A stretch of DNA of 64,000 bases, from NCBI GenBank assembly GCA_977018835.1, contig OZ361257.1, forward strand, positions 2,418,001 through 2,482,000, written 5' to 3'. The position numbers were made by a program, and so were the translations under genes. Shown piece after piece: positions 34,628 through 46,712 of this stretch; position 1 is the first letter of the stretch, and each line of letters starts with the position of its first letter. This DNA is from Minutocellus sp. GHC0000111 (lineage: Eukaryota). The notes under the pieces are model-generated. The model was not told where the DNA came from. It saw only the letters and a program-made list of their open reading frames with translations, and searched no databases.

Positions 34628-34818
34628 ACTCTAGTTTGTCATAAGGTATGGTATAAGCGTGTGGTGGATTTGGTCTCAAGAAAATGGCGAATCGGATCGC
34701 GTCCTCAGGCGAAATTTCCTGATATAATTTACAGTATGCGAGCTAGCTACAAGCGAAATATATGCTGCTATGTAATAGACATTGAAACATTATTTTGCGA
34801 TATCCTTTCTTCGCTTCT

Positions 34819-35610
34819 CTATTTCTTTTTGAGATGAAATGCATCCATTACCAGAGTGACAGAACTAATCACGACATCGCCTAAACCCTTGACGAACACA
34901 ACCGTCAGGGCTGTCTTCCATACATTTGCATCCGTCATACGGTCCTTGAGTATATTTGGCGCCAACCTCGATAACTCTTTACCCGACAACCAATCCACCG
35001 TTTTAATTGCCAAGAGCGGCGCGATGACAAAGCTCACGATTTTATGCGCAACTAGTCTCGTTGTAGCTCGGCTAGCAAGCACACCAGCCAACTCGGAAAA
35101 TTCTTTCTTGCTGAGCTTGTTGTTTTGGTCTACATCGGCTCTGTCGAAGATGGTATTAACCTTTTCGCGAGTAGGAGGTGGGATGGGTGCCGCCCTGTTG
35201 ATCTTCACATACATTTCCAATATTAGTGTTTGTACCTCGGATAGACTGATCGTGCCATCGTGGTTAGTATCGGCATCCTCAAAGACTGAATCAACTATGC
35301 GATCAAAACCTAGAAGATTTCCCATCGCCTTCTTGACTTTGCTGCTCATATCTCGTGCGCCTAAAAGTAAACGATTCTTCTTGTCAACACGTCTTCCGTC
35401 GATTTCTCTACTCGTATCTTTTCGTTTCCGCACCCACGAGGAAGATTTGAACGCAAGTGGCAACAGATTGGATCTCGTCTGATAGTTCCGCCGATGGCCA
35501 TACTTTTTGGTCAAAGATATGCCCGAAATTAGCGAAGCAGACGACGGCGTCGCTTCAACCGGAAGCAATGGCAAATTGAGCAGAGCGAAAAGAATGGCGA
35601 TTTTTGGCAT
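34819..35610 (-). CDS. Two-EF-hand protein with N-terminal targeting peptide
   Basis: DTNHDGTISLSE and DVDQNNKLSKKE loops. Confidence 0.8.
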   Translation of the reverse strand: MPKIAILFALLNLPLLPVEATPSSASLISGISLTKKYGHRRNYQTRSNLLPLAFKSSSWVRKRKDTSREIDGRRVDKKNRLLLGARDMSSKVKKAMGNLLGFDRIVDSVFEDADTNHDGTISLSEVQTLILEMYVKINRAAPIPPPTREKVNTIFDRADVDQNNKLSKKEFSELAGVLASRATTRLVAHKIVSFVIAPLLAIKTVDWLSGKELSRLAPNILKDRMTDANVWKTALTVVFVKGLGDVVISSVTLVMDAFHLKKK

Positions 35611-35924
35611 TGGTACAGTAGATATTAGAGAGTATTGACTTGGTAATATCGATTGCTTGGTGAAAGAAAATGGCATGGTTCCAACTGGCTCCAATCCAAA
35701 AAGCAGATGCGATACGATGGGGCTCTCGATCGTACGTACGAACTCGTATACGTACTTCTTTAAGCGTGCGTAAGACTGACAGAAAGACGTGCAAAACGAG
35801 AGTGGAACAGTGGAACGACGAAGTTTCGCGTCACGTGCACAACGGCGTGAGAGGAAAGAAGATACGCAACACGGCATTGAACAACGGCATTTCATTGAAG
35901 AGTCTGAAAGTGTTACCGTATCTC

Positions 35925-37303
35925 ATGATTGGAATGGCTTCTCGTCTGTTATTGTCAGCCCTAGCATTAATCCTGCTGTTGGCATCCATTGTGAATGGCG
36001 AAAGTGATGGTATTGTACAAACGTTTTCGTCAATATCCGCCTTTCAATCCACCGTTATTGGTTCACCATCCGTTTGGCTCATCCGCTTCTTCGATGGTTC
36101 TGAATCTTCGTCGGACGATAATGGTTCCTTTGTTTACGAGGAGGTTGCTGCCGTCCTCAGTGGTATTGTAAAAGTGGGAGTGATTGACGTATCCGTTCCC
36201 GATCAGCGCGAAATTGCTGATGCTCTGAACCTCAAGTCATTCCCAAAAGTGTTTGTGTTGGGTCATGATAAGATGAACCCAGTTGAGCACAAGGGCAAGA
36301 TGGAACCTCAAGAGTTGCTTCAAAGTGCCGTGAGTGCGATTGGCCAGACGGTAGAGACACGTGCCCGAAAGCGCTGGGTTGTTCAGGACGAGCAGCAGCA
36401 ACAACAATCAGGAGCTGGTGGTGGCTCGAGCAAACGACGGCAGCAGCAGGCCAATGCTGGCGGTACTGTCGTGGAGTTGACCGAGCGCAACTTCCAGCGT
36501 AAGGTTTTAGACAATCCCGATGTCGGTGGAGTCCTTGGTGTGGGCACTGCAAGCAACTTCTTCCGGAATGGCACGAAGCGGCCCGACTTCTCGAAGGAGA
36601 GGCGTATCTGGGCGTCGTCGATGCCACGGTGGAAAATGGACTTGCATCTCGGTATCAAGTGAAAGGGTATCCAACAATCAAAATATTCCCCGGAGGCAAA
36701 GACAAGAAACCATCCGACGCCATTGATTATGAGGGCGGCCGAACGAAGGAGGATATCGTGAGGGCAATTCTGAAGGAGATTGACACAAGCGGGGTGCCGA
36801 AAGAGATACCCGAATTTACAGGTCGCGAAAGCATGAAGCAATGCGAGGGGGCGAACAAAATATGCTTACTAGCCGCTCTTCCACCCATCCATGATAGCTC
36901 GGCTGAAAAGCGGAATCAATATCGGGACATTTTGACGAAAATATCCAAGAAATACAGGGGAGCAGCATTCCAGATTCAGTGGTTCGAGGGTTCATCGCAG
37001 CCGGACTTGGAGGAAGTTTTGGATTTCACGTTTGGTTATCCGGCCGTTGCCGCAATTTCTCTTGACAAAGGAGTCTATTCTGTCATGCACGCCAGCTTCA
37101 CCGAGAAAAGCATCAGCTTATTTCTAACTGGCATTACAACTGGTCGTCAAACTACTAACCCCCTTCGCCACGAACCGGTCATAAGTGAAACGACTGCATG
37201 GGATGGAAAAGACGCTCCAGCAATTGAAGAAGAGTTTTCTCTAGAAGACATTATGGGAGATGATGATGAAGTTGCTGATGATGGGCAGGGTGGAGAGCTC
37301 TAG
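35925..37303 (+). CDS. PDIA6: Protein disulfide isomerase A6/P5-like; apparent frameshift near 36533
   Basis: PWCGHCK at about 36534-36554 in the downstream frame; VKGYPTIKIF, YEGGRT, FGYPAV, WDGKD, terminal GGEL. Confidence 0.85.
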
Positions 37304-37384
37304 AGTTACGTAGATATTTGCGACGCTATTTATCTGCGATCTAAATTCAAAGCCTTCTCTACTGTATTTCTATAATTACTCCAG

Positions 37385-38731
37385 CTAATACTTCGTCCCA
37401 CTGACACTCGCCTTGCTAAAGAAAGTGCGGGCCTCACGCTCTTCTTTTCGTTTCACAAACGCCTTTACAAAAAGCTTGCAGGAATAAACACTTAGCGCAT
37501 ACGTTGCGCCAAAAAGCAGCGCCTCGTTTGCCTTCATGCTTCGAATCGAAAATCGTGGTGATAGGGCGACTGCGGCTCCAGCGGCGCTGCTGGCCACAAG
37601 AAGCATATTTTCAACGGCGGTTGTTCTATTGACTTCCTCCAGAGTCTTTGTCGCGACCCCCTGCCCGAACAAGCGGCCACTCTTGGTATCAAGGAACGTC
37701 TTGACATTGCGCATGGTCAGACTAAGCCTAGGGCCGGAACTATCCTCTTTCCTCAATATCGAGTGAGTAAAGTATTTGTTGGAAATCGGTCCAAGGACAA
37801 GCATCGAACCATGTGGCAAAACGATTCGCGTAATATCCCTCGGCTCGGCACGTCTTCTCAATTCCAGGATTCGTTCTTCGCCCAAGCTTACAGAAACGAT
37901 GACACCCGTTCGGTCCAGATCCAAATCCTTGTCGCTGTGATGATCGATAAAGTCGGTCCCACTTCGATACAAATTGGTAACCGCATGGTTCATCCTTTGA
38001 TCCCACAATGGCAACAACGCATCCTCGACAGAGTCCTTGATCATCTTGCACGTGGATGAGAAGGGAAACGTTTGCCATTCGTCGCCCCGATAGTTGCCCG
38101 GGTATCGGTACACTGGGATGACGCCCTCTTCAACACCGTCGGCCTGCAAGTTTTGCTTGCGCGGTAATTCCTCATCCTTGGATCCTTTGAAGCCCTCGAA
38201 CTCCACCTCTGATACGATTTGATCCAGCAGTTGCTTCTTGGGATCGGATACCACGTTGAGAATGACCTCGGTATCACCTGCTGCCAACCAGTACACGTTC
38301 TTGTCGACCTGCAACACTTCCTTCACCATGGGCTTGTCGTCGTTGGGGTGCAAATGACGATGCAGGGCGAGCTCAACGACGGACTCGTAGCACTGACTCA
38401 ACCGCCCGCACGTAACGCCCAGCAGACGATGACCAAAGTGCCGCACCACCGCCACCGCCAGTCCGTCCGTGGCGGGGATCATGGTTTCAACCTCCGCCGT
38501 GAGGATATGCCCGATCGATGCCGGTTCTGGTTCACCGTCGTCATCCGACCAGCGCATGTGCTCCCCACCTCCGAGTGAGCACAGCCATCCGATGGGAACG
38601 TGCGCCGCATCGGGAAAGCGGTTCTTCAACTCGGCCTGGAACGATACGGCATCTTCCTTGGACGATGCGGGCCGAACGAAGGCCTGGAACTTGCTATCGG
38701 CTACCTCGAGGGTGGCCGCAGGAGCTGCCAT
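37385..38731 (-). CDS. IMPACT/YigZ N-terminal domain fused to AlkB-like 2OG-Fe(II) dioxygenase
   Basis: SKFQA, DAAH, DDDGEP, VVRHFG; NLYRSGTDFIDHHSDKDLD, HSI, RLSLTMR. Confidence 0.82.
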   Translation of the reverse strand: MAAPAATLEVADSKFQAFVRPASSKEDAVSFQAELKNRFPDAAHVPIGWLCSLGGGEHMRWSDDDGEPEPASIGHILTAEVETMIPATDGLAVAVVRHFGHRLLGVTCGRLSQCYESVVELALHRHLHPNDDKPMVKEVLQVDKNVYWLAAGDTEVILNVVSDPKKQLLDQIVSEVEFEGFKGSKDEELPRKQNLQADGVEEGVIPVYRYPGNYRGDEWQTFPFSSTCKMIKDSVEDALLPLWDQRMNHAVTNLYRSGTDFIDHHSDKDLDLDRTGVIVSVSLGEERILELRRRAEPRDITRIVLPHGSMLVLGPISNKYFTHSILRKEDSSGPRLSLTMRNVKTFLDTKSGRLFGQGVATKTLEEVNRTTAVENMLLVASSAAGAAVALSPRFSIRSMKANEALLFGATYALSVYSCKLFVKAFVKRKEEREARTFFSKASVSGTKY

Positions 38732-39178
38732 CTTCGTGATACTCTAGACTTGTCTACTCTAGCTCTAGAGTAGTACGCCAGTTGCACAACCACGGCAAAT
38801 ACGACCAAACCGGCAGGCACTACTGATCGGCATCGAATACGCAAGTCGACGAAACGAACAGACAAACGCCTTTCCTATCAATGGTACGGCCTAAGAGTAG
38901 TTTCGAAAATACCACGCCGTTTGTCATCGCCGCATCGTCATCGTCAATGCTACGTGTACGTACGATTTTCGGAATGGCGTACAAATGACATGGAAAGAAA
39001 GCGACCCCTCAAAAAGCCAAACGTCGCCGACAAATCATCGCCGACGCTGCCGCAACGCAATGCAACGATGACACATAAAAACGGGCACCAAGCACCAACA
39101 TACCGGTACATACCTCAAATGGCATTGCGGTATTGCATGCATGCAAGTATTGAGTTACCAGTCTAGTCAGGATTCAGC

Positions 39179-40435
39179 ATGGCATCGATGCAAGTACCCC
39201 GCACAGCAGGTGCTGCGCTGCTCAGATGCCGAGTGCGCTCCTCTGCCGGCTTGAGATGTCGTGCACGAAATAATCATGGGCTCTTGGGGTCGTTCAGTGA
39301 AGCGAGTGGAAGCGGAAGTATCAGCGGCACTTGCCCTCGCACCGGCACGAGTGCTCATGACGTTGCCAGTTTCTCATCATCGGCACATGATAATATTAAC
39401 AACAACGACGACAATGATGATCAGAGAGCAAAGCGGGTGTGGCGATCGGCCTCGTCGAGTGAGGGCGAAACGACCGTCCCCTCCTCGTGGTCCTCGCCCA
39501 TCGACGACCAGTCCAAGGGCGACCTCCGCGCCGTCCTGGACCGCATCGGCGAGCAAGAGCGCGAGAGTGGTCGGATGAAGCAGAACCACCAGGGGGTGTT
39601 TCGTGCCGACCCGGCGGAAGATATGCGACTCATGATCGAGAATTACACCGTCCCGGCGCTGGCATCGGCGCTCCGAGATCGGGAGGACACACTGCAGGAA
39701 TGTGCCGCGCTGATGGCGCGGGGACAGCTCAAGGACTTGGCCGACGTGCTGCGCCCGTACGAGGCCAAGTACGTGCAGATGAGACGGCGGAGGGAGAATC
39801 TGTTGGATATGCGGCAGAATGGCTTTGGAGATACCACGATACTGGAACGGTTGAGACGGAGCTTGATGAAGATGCCGCGGAGGGTGTCGTCGGCATTCGA
39901 ACGGCGGGCCGCCGTCGTCCTGCCCCTATGCAACGTCAATGGCGTGCCGGCGGTGCTGTTTGAGAAGCGGGCCAGGCATCTTCGGGCCCACCCCGACGAG
40001 GTGTGTCTCCCCGGTGGGATGGTGTCAGTTGGTGATGACAAGTCGATCGTAGGAACTTGTCTACGAGAGATGGAGGAAGAAATCGGTGGTATGGAGCACG
40101 ATGAAATTACTGTTTTGGGAGTACTCCGATGTAACTGGGGCGAGGTCCACCACCTCACTGGAGTGGCAGTCACGCCTGTTGTATGTTATATAGGGGAGAT
40201 ATCCCATCTGGATCTTCAACCAAGCGCCGACGAGGTGGCGGAGGTATTCACTGTTCCACTGTCTTCCTTCCTCGACCGCTCGAGATGGGTCAAGCGAGAG
40301 AACTTTGCCCCAATCTTTGTTGGTGGTCCTCATGTGATATGGGGGTTGACCGGCTATATCCTCGATCGCTTTATGAAAGATGTTCTGGCCCGATATACCA
40401 TAGAGCTCCCAAGCACCGACAACGATTATCCATAA
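39179..40435 (+). CDS. Nudix hydrolase, CoA pyrophosphatase (NUDT7/8-like), probably mitochondrial
   Basis: AAVVLPL, LRAHPDEVCLPGG, LREMEEEIG, IWGLTG. Confidence 0.88.
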   Translation: MASMQVPRTAGAALLRCRVRSSAGLRCRARNNHGLLGSFSEASGSGSISGTCPRTGTSAHDVASFSSSAHDNINNNDDNDDQRAKRVWRSASSSEGETTVPSSWSSPIDDQSKGDLRAVLDRIGEQERESGRMKQNHQGVFRADPAEDMRLMIENYTVPALASALRDREDTLQECAALMARGQLKDLADVLRPYEAKYVQMRRRRENLLDMRQNGFGDTTILERLRRSLMKMPRRVSSAFERRAAVVLPLCNVNGVPAVLFEKRARHLRAHPDEVCLPGGMVSVGDDKSIVGTCLREMEEEIGGMEHDEITVLGVLRCNWGEVHHLTGVAVTPVVCYIGEISHLDLQPSADEVAEVFTVPLSSFLDRSRWVKRENFAPIFVGGPHVIWGLTGYILDRFMKDVLARYTIELPSTDNDYP

Positions 40436-40588
40436 GACATTTTCGACACTCTTTTGCGATACATCCCTACTAGACTAGCTAGCTTGTCACCTAATGCTTT
40501 AGATAATAGTACAGAACTATCCATTAGATCATAGTTTCTATATCATACACTCTAAATATCTTTTACCGGTCTTTGATGCAGTATGTTA

Positions 40589-42586
40589 TCACACTGCAGA
40601 GGGCTTTCGCATCAAATTGAGCAAGGACTGGGCAGCCGTTGATTCATCATTATTTGGAAGATCTTGTGGCTGTTGCTGACTGCCATCACTTGCCTTCTCC
40701 GCATTCTTCTTTTCGTCACTACCACCACCATCCTGATCTACTTCTTCTTCCTCTTCTTCCGCAGCTTGTTCTCGTTTCAATTTCGCCTTGCCGATCCGAA
40801 TACGCCGGCATAGATTATTCCGCCTTTGGGAGAGGGACACGCCACTCTGATCCACAAGGTCGGTCTTGCCCTCGACTCTCTTGAAGACATATCCGGCAGC
40901 CAGCAAAGCATCCTTGTGGGGCATGTCGGGATTCGACAGCTTGATCTGCACCGCCAGGTCCATTTGCTTGTCCGGTTTGCGACCTCGGGTTTCCTTCTTG
41001 CGCTTTTTGATCACCTTCGGCTTTTGGTCCGATGTACTCTTGGAAGATGCCGATGCCCGTCCCTTTGGCGCTGGCTGCTTTTGTTTTTGCTTCGTAGAGG
41101 ACGTCGGTGGTATTGGGGCGGGTTGTGCTGCTGATGAAGAAACTGCGCTTGTTGGCCCAGCGAGATGCACGGCGCCTGGGAGGACTCCGTCCTTCCTTAC
41201 TTGGTGCGATGGCAAAATAGAAGATACAGGTGGTGCCGCGGCGCCGACGATGGAAGCGGCAGCCACGGCGGGATCGCTCGATAAGCCTGCTCCCTCCAGT
41301 GATCGTCTTGTCGCCTCGAGACTGATCCTGTTTAGCATCCATTGGTTCATATCCAAATGGACGTCTCCCTGCGGGGTGAAAGCGTGACATGTTTCATGTG
41401 GCGCAAGAACAACATCAATATTTGTAGTTAGATAAATTTAAGATTGTACGATCGCATGGTGGTGAGATAAAACAATCATCAGCAGTCATGGCAACAAGAA
41501 CAAACAATTGTATGAATAAATTAAGTAACTCACCCCAAATTCGGTCGGGAGACGATCTCTCGTAAGGCAGAATCCGGCCAGGTTGGTCAGGACGGAGCTG
41601 TCCTCCCCGTAGTGCAACTTGAGGTGGAGCCGTATGCTCTTGCTGGCCAGACGCTTCACGACGGGGAAGATGAGGTAGTAGAAGGCCGAGGTCGGGTAAC
41701 AGCAGTGCATGCCCCGAATGTCCACGGGAAGGCAAGAGTCGATGGTCTGCCACACCCGGACGTATCTGGTGACCCTCCGAATGTGCTTCCGCTGCACCCC
41801 GCGGAGGTCGCAAATGACCACGACGCCGTTCTTCCGAAGGTTCGCATTCTCCAGCACCGCCTCGAACAGGTAACAGACGGCCTGCAACTCCTGCTCGATG
41901 GTGTACTCGTCGAGCCTCCGGCGGCTGGGGGAGAAGAAGAGGATGGCCCGGCCGGCGGTGTCCGTCACCGGGACCAGCTGGACGACCTGCCTCCGTGTCA
42001 TGGCCATGGCATCCTCCTTGAGGGCCCCGGTGAGCGTCATGGGCCGGAAGGCCTTGTCGGGACCGAACAGGTCGAGCCGGCCCCGCCAGTACTCGGCCAA
42101 AGCCCGGGCGGCCTCCCGGGCATTCCCGTGGGCGTACTCGAGAAAGACCAACTTGCGCTCCGGCCGGACCTGGCCGGGACAGACCTCCACGGCCCGGTAG
42201 TACGCCGACGTTTCGACGCTGGGCAGCCGGGACATTTCGTGGTTGAGGTTGGCGATCGCCGCCGGGAGGTTGGGCCCGGCCAAGGCGTGCTGGCCGAGGT
42301 TGCACGAGCTGGAGAAGAGACTCGAGAAGCCACACAGATCGGACTGGACCTCGGCAATGTCGTTCATGCTCAGCGACGCCAGCTCCCTCCTCTCGTCCTC
42401 TTCGGTGAAGCCGGGGATGTTTTGGATCGAGTCGTCGTCTCTGTCGTGGTCGTGCTCGTCGTGGTGGTCGTGATCGTTCTCGGCATAGTGCTTGTTTTCG
42501 ATGTCGTCGTTCCGCCTGTCAACTCCTTCTTCCCTGCCGACTTCGGAGGCAGGGCCGGATGCGGATGCGGATGCGGTGGAAGACAT
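40589..42586 (-). CDS. CRAL-TRIO/SEC14-domain protein with basic C-terminal extension; intron 41369-41533
   Basis: DTAGRAILF, PVDIRGMH; GTGAG..CAG splice gives LPTEFG/GDVHLDMNQW in frame. Confidence 0.82.
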
Positions 42587-43260
42587 ATCTCCTCCTACTA
42601 GTATCCTGACGATAATCCAATGTATGTATAAGCGACAATCGAGTACAATATTTTTTAGCCTGTTGCTGCTTCGATGATAATGAGTCCACGTCAACGTGGG
42701 ATAAATATGAGTTGTCCTCTCGGCAGCTTGATTGACTGTTTTGCCGAACGCCGTGAGCGTCTCACATTTATTTCTTTGTGGTGCATGCGTCGTGCCGTCC
42801 TTGCTGACGCCGCGCACGAAGCGTGCCAGCAAAGCACTGTGAATGGGCCTTATTAGCCTCGTAGGCTTGAAGATTTTCAGACTCTACTAGCTACGTAGCT
42901 ACGTAGGCCTAGCTAGTAGAGATGCCCAGCAGTAAACACCAAAATAAGGCCATTTTTAAGGCCATACACATAGAAGGGCCTCTTGTAACAGGCCCTTTGG
43001 GGCAGAAATGTGAGATGTACGTAGATCTACTACGTAGTAGGTTCCTACGTATCTCGTACGGCACCCCTGCCGCCGGCCTTGCCTGCTCCCCCTCCTCCTG
43101 CCGCTGCTTGCTCGTGACCTACATGTACATTTTGAATTTACCCAGCAGCACAGTAGAGATAGGAACTTCCTAGCTAGCTAGACAGGAATTCGAATTACAT
43201 ATTCTTACAGCAGATCACGACCCATCATTCATCATCATCAATATCAATGGGTAGAATAAA

Positions 43261-46200
43261 TCAATCAGCCCCACCTTCCCCACCTTCGGGGTCATTGCCA
43301 TATCGTTTCTGGATTGCATCCAGCCGAGCTTCATACTCTTCCCGCCACTGATTGGCACTCCTAGCGAACGTTTCGGCAACGTCCGATACATTGTCCAACT
43401 CCTCCGGCACGGTAACTTCGTCCGCTCCGTCCGTGGGTTCCGCGGCGGGTGCTGTCGTAAACTGAACGAGCCGGTTGGCAAGGGGACGAGTGTGCGCTCC
43501 TCCGGCGGCGGCACGATCGTGCGCCCTCCGGTACGCGCGGGATCGGTGAGGCGCGACGACGGCCGTGGAGATCTGAGATGCCGCGACGCTGTGACTGGCA
43601 ATGCTCTGCGAGATGCTGGCGGCCGTCTCTCGGCTTTGGACCGTGAGAGGGCTGCTGGTGGAACGCTGGGACAGCTCGTCGTTGGCAGGAGAGTTGATGC
43701 CATAGGTCGACGGGTTCTCTTCATCTTCACTCCCTGCGTGATCATACTCATTGGCTTCGCTCAGACCGGACAGAGCTCGAACATTGATGCTCTCACCGGC
43801 GCGGGTTGATACCCCCGTGAGGACTGTTGAACCACGAGTGGTGGATGTCATGGAAGTAGCTAGAGTCGAATCACCGTCCCCATCGTCACTACCCCGTGTC
43901 GCCCGAGTCGAAGTGCCATGAACGCTGACGTCTCCTCGGATCTCTGGATCCATGAGAATGGAATCAAGAGTTCGGTGTCTTGAGCTAAAGGTCGGGGCAG
44001 CTGTATACAGTAAGCGATGGGAGGAAGTGTAAGAGGGAACACAAAGATGAGATTAGAGACAGCGTCAGCAAAGACCAAGTAGATACGGTAGACAAACGAT
44101 AGGTAAGAGCCGACACTGGCATTGTAAGCGCAAAAGCACCAATCAACGCTGAACTTACTGGAATCAGAACCATCGACGGAGACATCTCCGCCGTCTTCAC
44201 CCTGCGCCGTGCTCTCATCGCGCTCCGACTTGGTACTGGCGTCGTCAACCGTGAAGCCGTCGGTAACGGCGCTGGCCAGACTGGCACCAGATGCAGCAAA
44301 GGCCCGAGAGGCTCTGACGGCACGGGGAACGCCGCCATCCTCCAAGCTACCCAAATCGTCCTCCTCATATGGTCGCTCCGAGGAGATGGGTGGGAGGGAC
44401 GATACGATCGGCCCGCCGGTCGCAAAGCCGCTCTCCCGCAGAACGCTGACGGGTGGACCGGCGCTGCTGCTGCCACCGCCGATACCGCTGCCAGCACGGT
44501 GCTGATGCTGCTGGTGATGGTGCGCGTGCTGGTCCTGCTTGCCCTTGCCCTCCACCTTGGCCTCGAGGCGGAGGAGCTTCATTTCCATCGCCACCATGGC
44601 CTCCGACTGCAGAAGAAGCTGCGCGTGGAGACGTGACTCCAGTGCCGACCGCTTGGACGATTCGTTCTGCATGATGGCAAGTACCTTCTCAAAGTCAGAG
44701 CGGTTCTGGTCTCTCACCCCGTCAAGGGTCCGGTCGACGTGTCCACGTAGATCATTGATGGCATTCAGGAGCAGATCGCTGGTACCACCTCCAGTACCTG
44801 CGGCAGCGGCGGTGGAGCTGACTGGAGCAGCTGCCAAAGGAGCTGCGCCGACACCACCACCTCCACCGGCGGTTCCCAGATTCGACAGAGAGCCCTGGAT
44901 CGAACCACCAGTCCTGGTGGGAGTGACAGGAAGCTCGTCCAAGCTCAGGGGCGACTGCGTGTCCCTGGCACTGGGCGAATGAGCTCTGCCATGAGGATGA
45001 TGTGGCTGCTGCTGATGGTGATGATGATGCCTTAGAGCGCTCTTGCGAGCACTGCCACCTCCCGACGTCCGATCGGTGACGGAGCTGGCCGTCACCCGAT
45101 GGTGGGCCGAGGCTCCACCAGTACCAGTACCAGCACCGGCGCCGGCGCCGGCCCTCATGGCCTGGAGGAAGGCATCGTTCGACACGGCCCCGCCGCTGGC
45201 CGAGCTGACGTAGCCGGACTCCCCACCATCCTTGCTGGAGGCGGCCGACGACCGACGGAGGAGGGCCGACGGCAGTGCACCACCGCCACCAATACCACCG
45301 GCGTTGGAGCTGGCATGGGCGCTGGCATTGGCAGCCGCCACGGCGGCCGCCCTGGCCACAGCGGCCGCCGAGGGCGGGGAGCGGGACGTCTCGTCGACGT
45401 CGTCCAGCCTCTTGCCCCTCTTCCCACCCCCCTTGCGGCTCGCCCCGCTCTTGATGCTGCGGTTGTCATCGCCTCCACCTCCGATACCGCCTCCACCGAC
45501 GGCATCCGCCAAGGGCATCCAGGTGGTCACCCCGCTGATGATGGAGTTGTTGTCGTCGTCCTCCATCATGCTGCCGTCGTACCCGATGCTCAAACCTTCC
45601 AAATCTTCGGTGTCGCGATGGTCGGCCTTCTCGTCCTCGATGATGTCGGAGTAGGCCCGGGAGGCGGCCGCCGTCGCGCCGCCGATGGTACCGGCGGCGG
45701 TGTCGATTCCCGAGGGTCGGACGAGCGAGCCCGGTATGGACCGGGTGGACGACGTGACGCTCATGCCGCCCCCACCGCCACCAGCAGCAGCACCGTACGG
45801 CACCCTCGACGACGGCTGCACCGACGACGAGGACGACAGAGGCGGCAGACCGGGGGTCGGAATCCCGTCGGCCCTGTCCAGCAGCAACCTCCCGTCGGCG
45901 TCGAGGGGGACCAGGGTCCCCCCGACCGTCTTGGGGGTGGACAGCTCGTCGTCGGGGGTGGCCTCCGGATGATAGTTGGCCCCGCGGGTCGGAGTGCCGA
46001 TGCCACCACTGCCACCAGCACCACCAGCACCAGCAGCCTTGGGACTGGATATCACCTCCACGTCCTCCTCGGCCGAGGCCTCCCCGAGCGCCTCCTGGGC
46101 GAAGACGGCGGCCTCCTCCTCCTGCCGGGCCTGCTGCTCGTGGTCCGACTTGAGCAGCTCGCCCTGCGTCTGGGCCAGCTCGTTCCACGACGTCACATCC

Positions 46201-46712
46201 GCCGCTGACGCTGCTGCTCCCGTTGTTGCATCCTTGTCGTCCTGCTTGTCACCGCCACCACTTCCATTGCCACCAGAACTACCGACGCCGACGCCGGCAT
46301 TACCGGCATTGCTGGCATCGCTCAGGCTCATCCCGCTGAGGTCGAGGTTGCCACCGAGGACCAGCCCGGCGGTCCCCTCCAGTAACGCCTGCTGGGCCAG
46401 GCTGCCCTCGACGGCGGAGTACACGCGCCGATGGCCCCCGTGGCCGCCTCCGTGGCCTGCACCAGCACCGGCACCGGTGCTGCTTGCAGCGCCGGAAGCG
46501 GCAGTGCCGGAAGCGGACGGAGGTTGGCCCGCGGCGGTGGCCGACCGGACCACCCCGGCGGGACGGGGCAGGCCGGCCCCGCCACCTCCTGCACCACCAG
46601 AAGCGGACGGGGAGGTCGGTGGCTTGCTCCCGGTATGCTTGTTATTCTCGTCGGAACCGCCGGAAGCAGCGGCACCGTTCGACGTCGCAGGGGCCGCCGT
46701 CGGGGGACTCAT
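43261..46712 (-). CDS. Large low-complexity protein with coiled coil; intron 44001-44158
   Basis: GTAAG..CAG splice joins the 950-aa and 230-aa frames (DS/TAPTF); LESRLHAQLLLQSEAMVAME coiled segment. Confidence 0.78.

Noticed and set aside
44500..46700. Low TA content and many overlapping ORFs in GC-rich coding DNA (also 41600-42600)
   Set aside because: Explained by high GC and codon bias; not evidence of hypermutation or extra genes.
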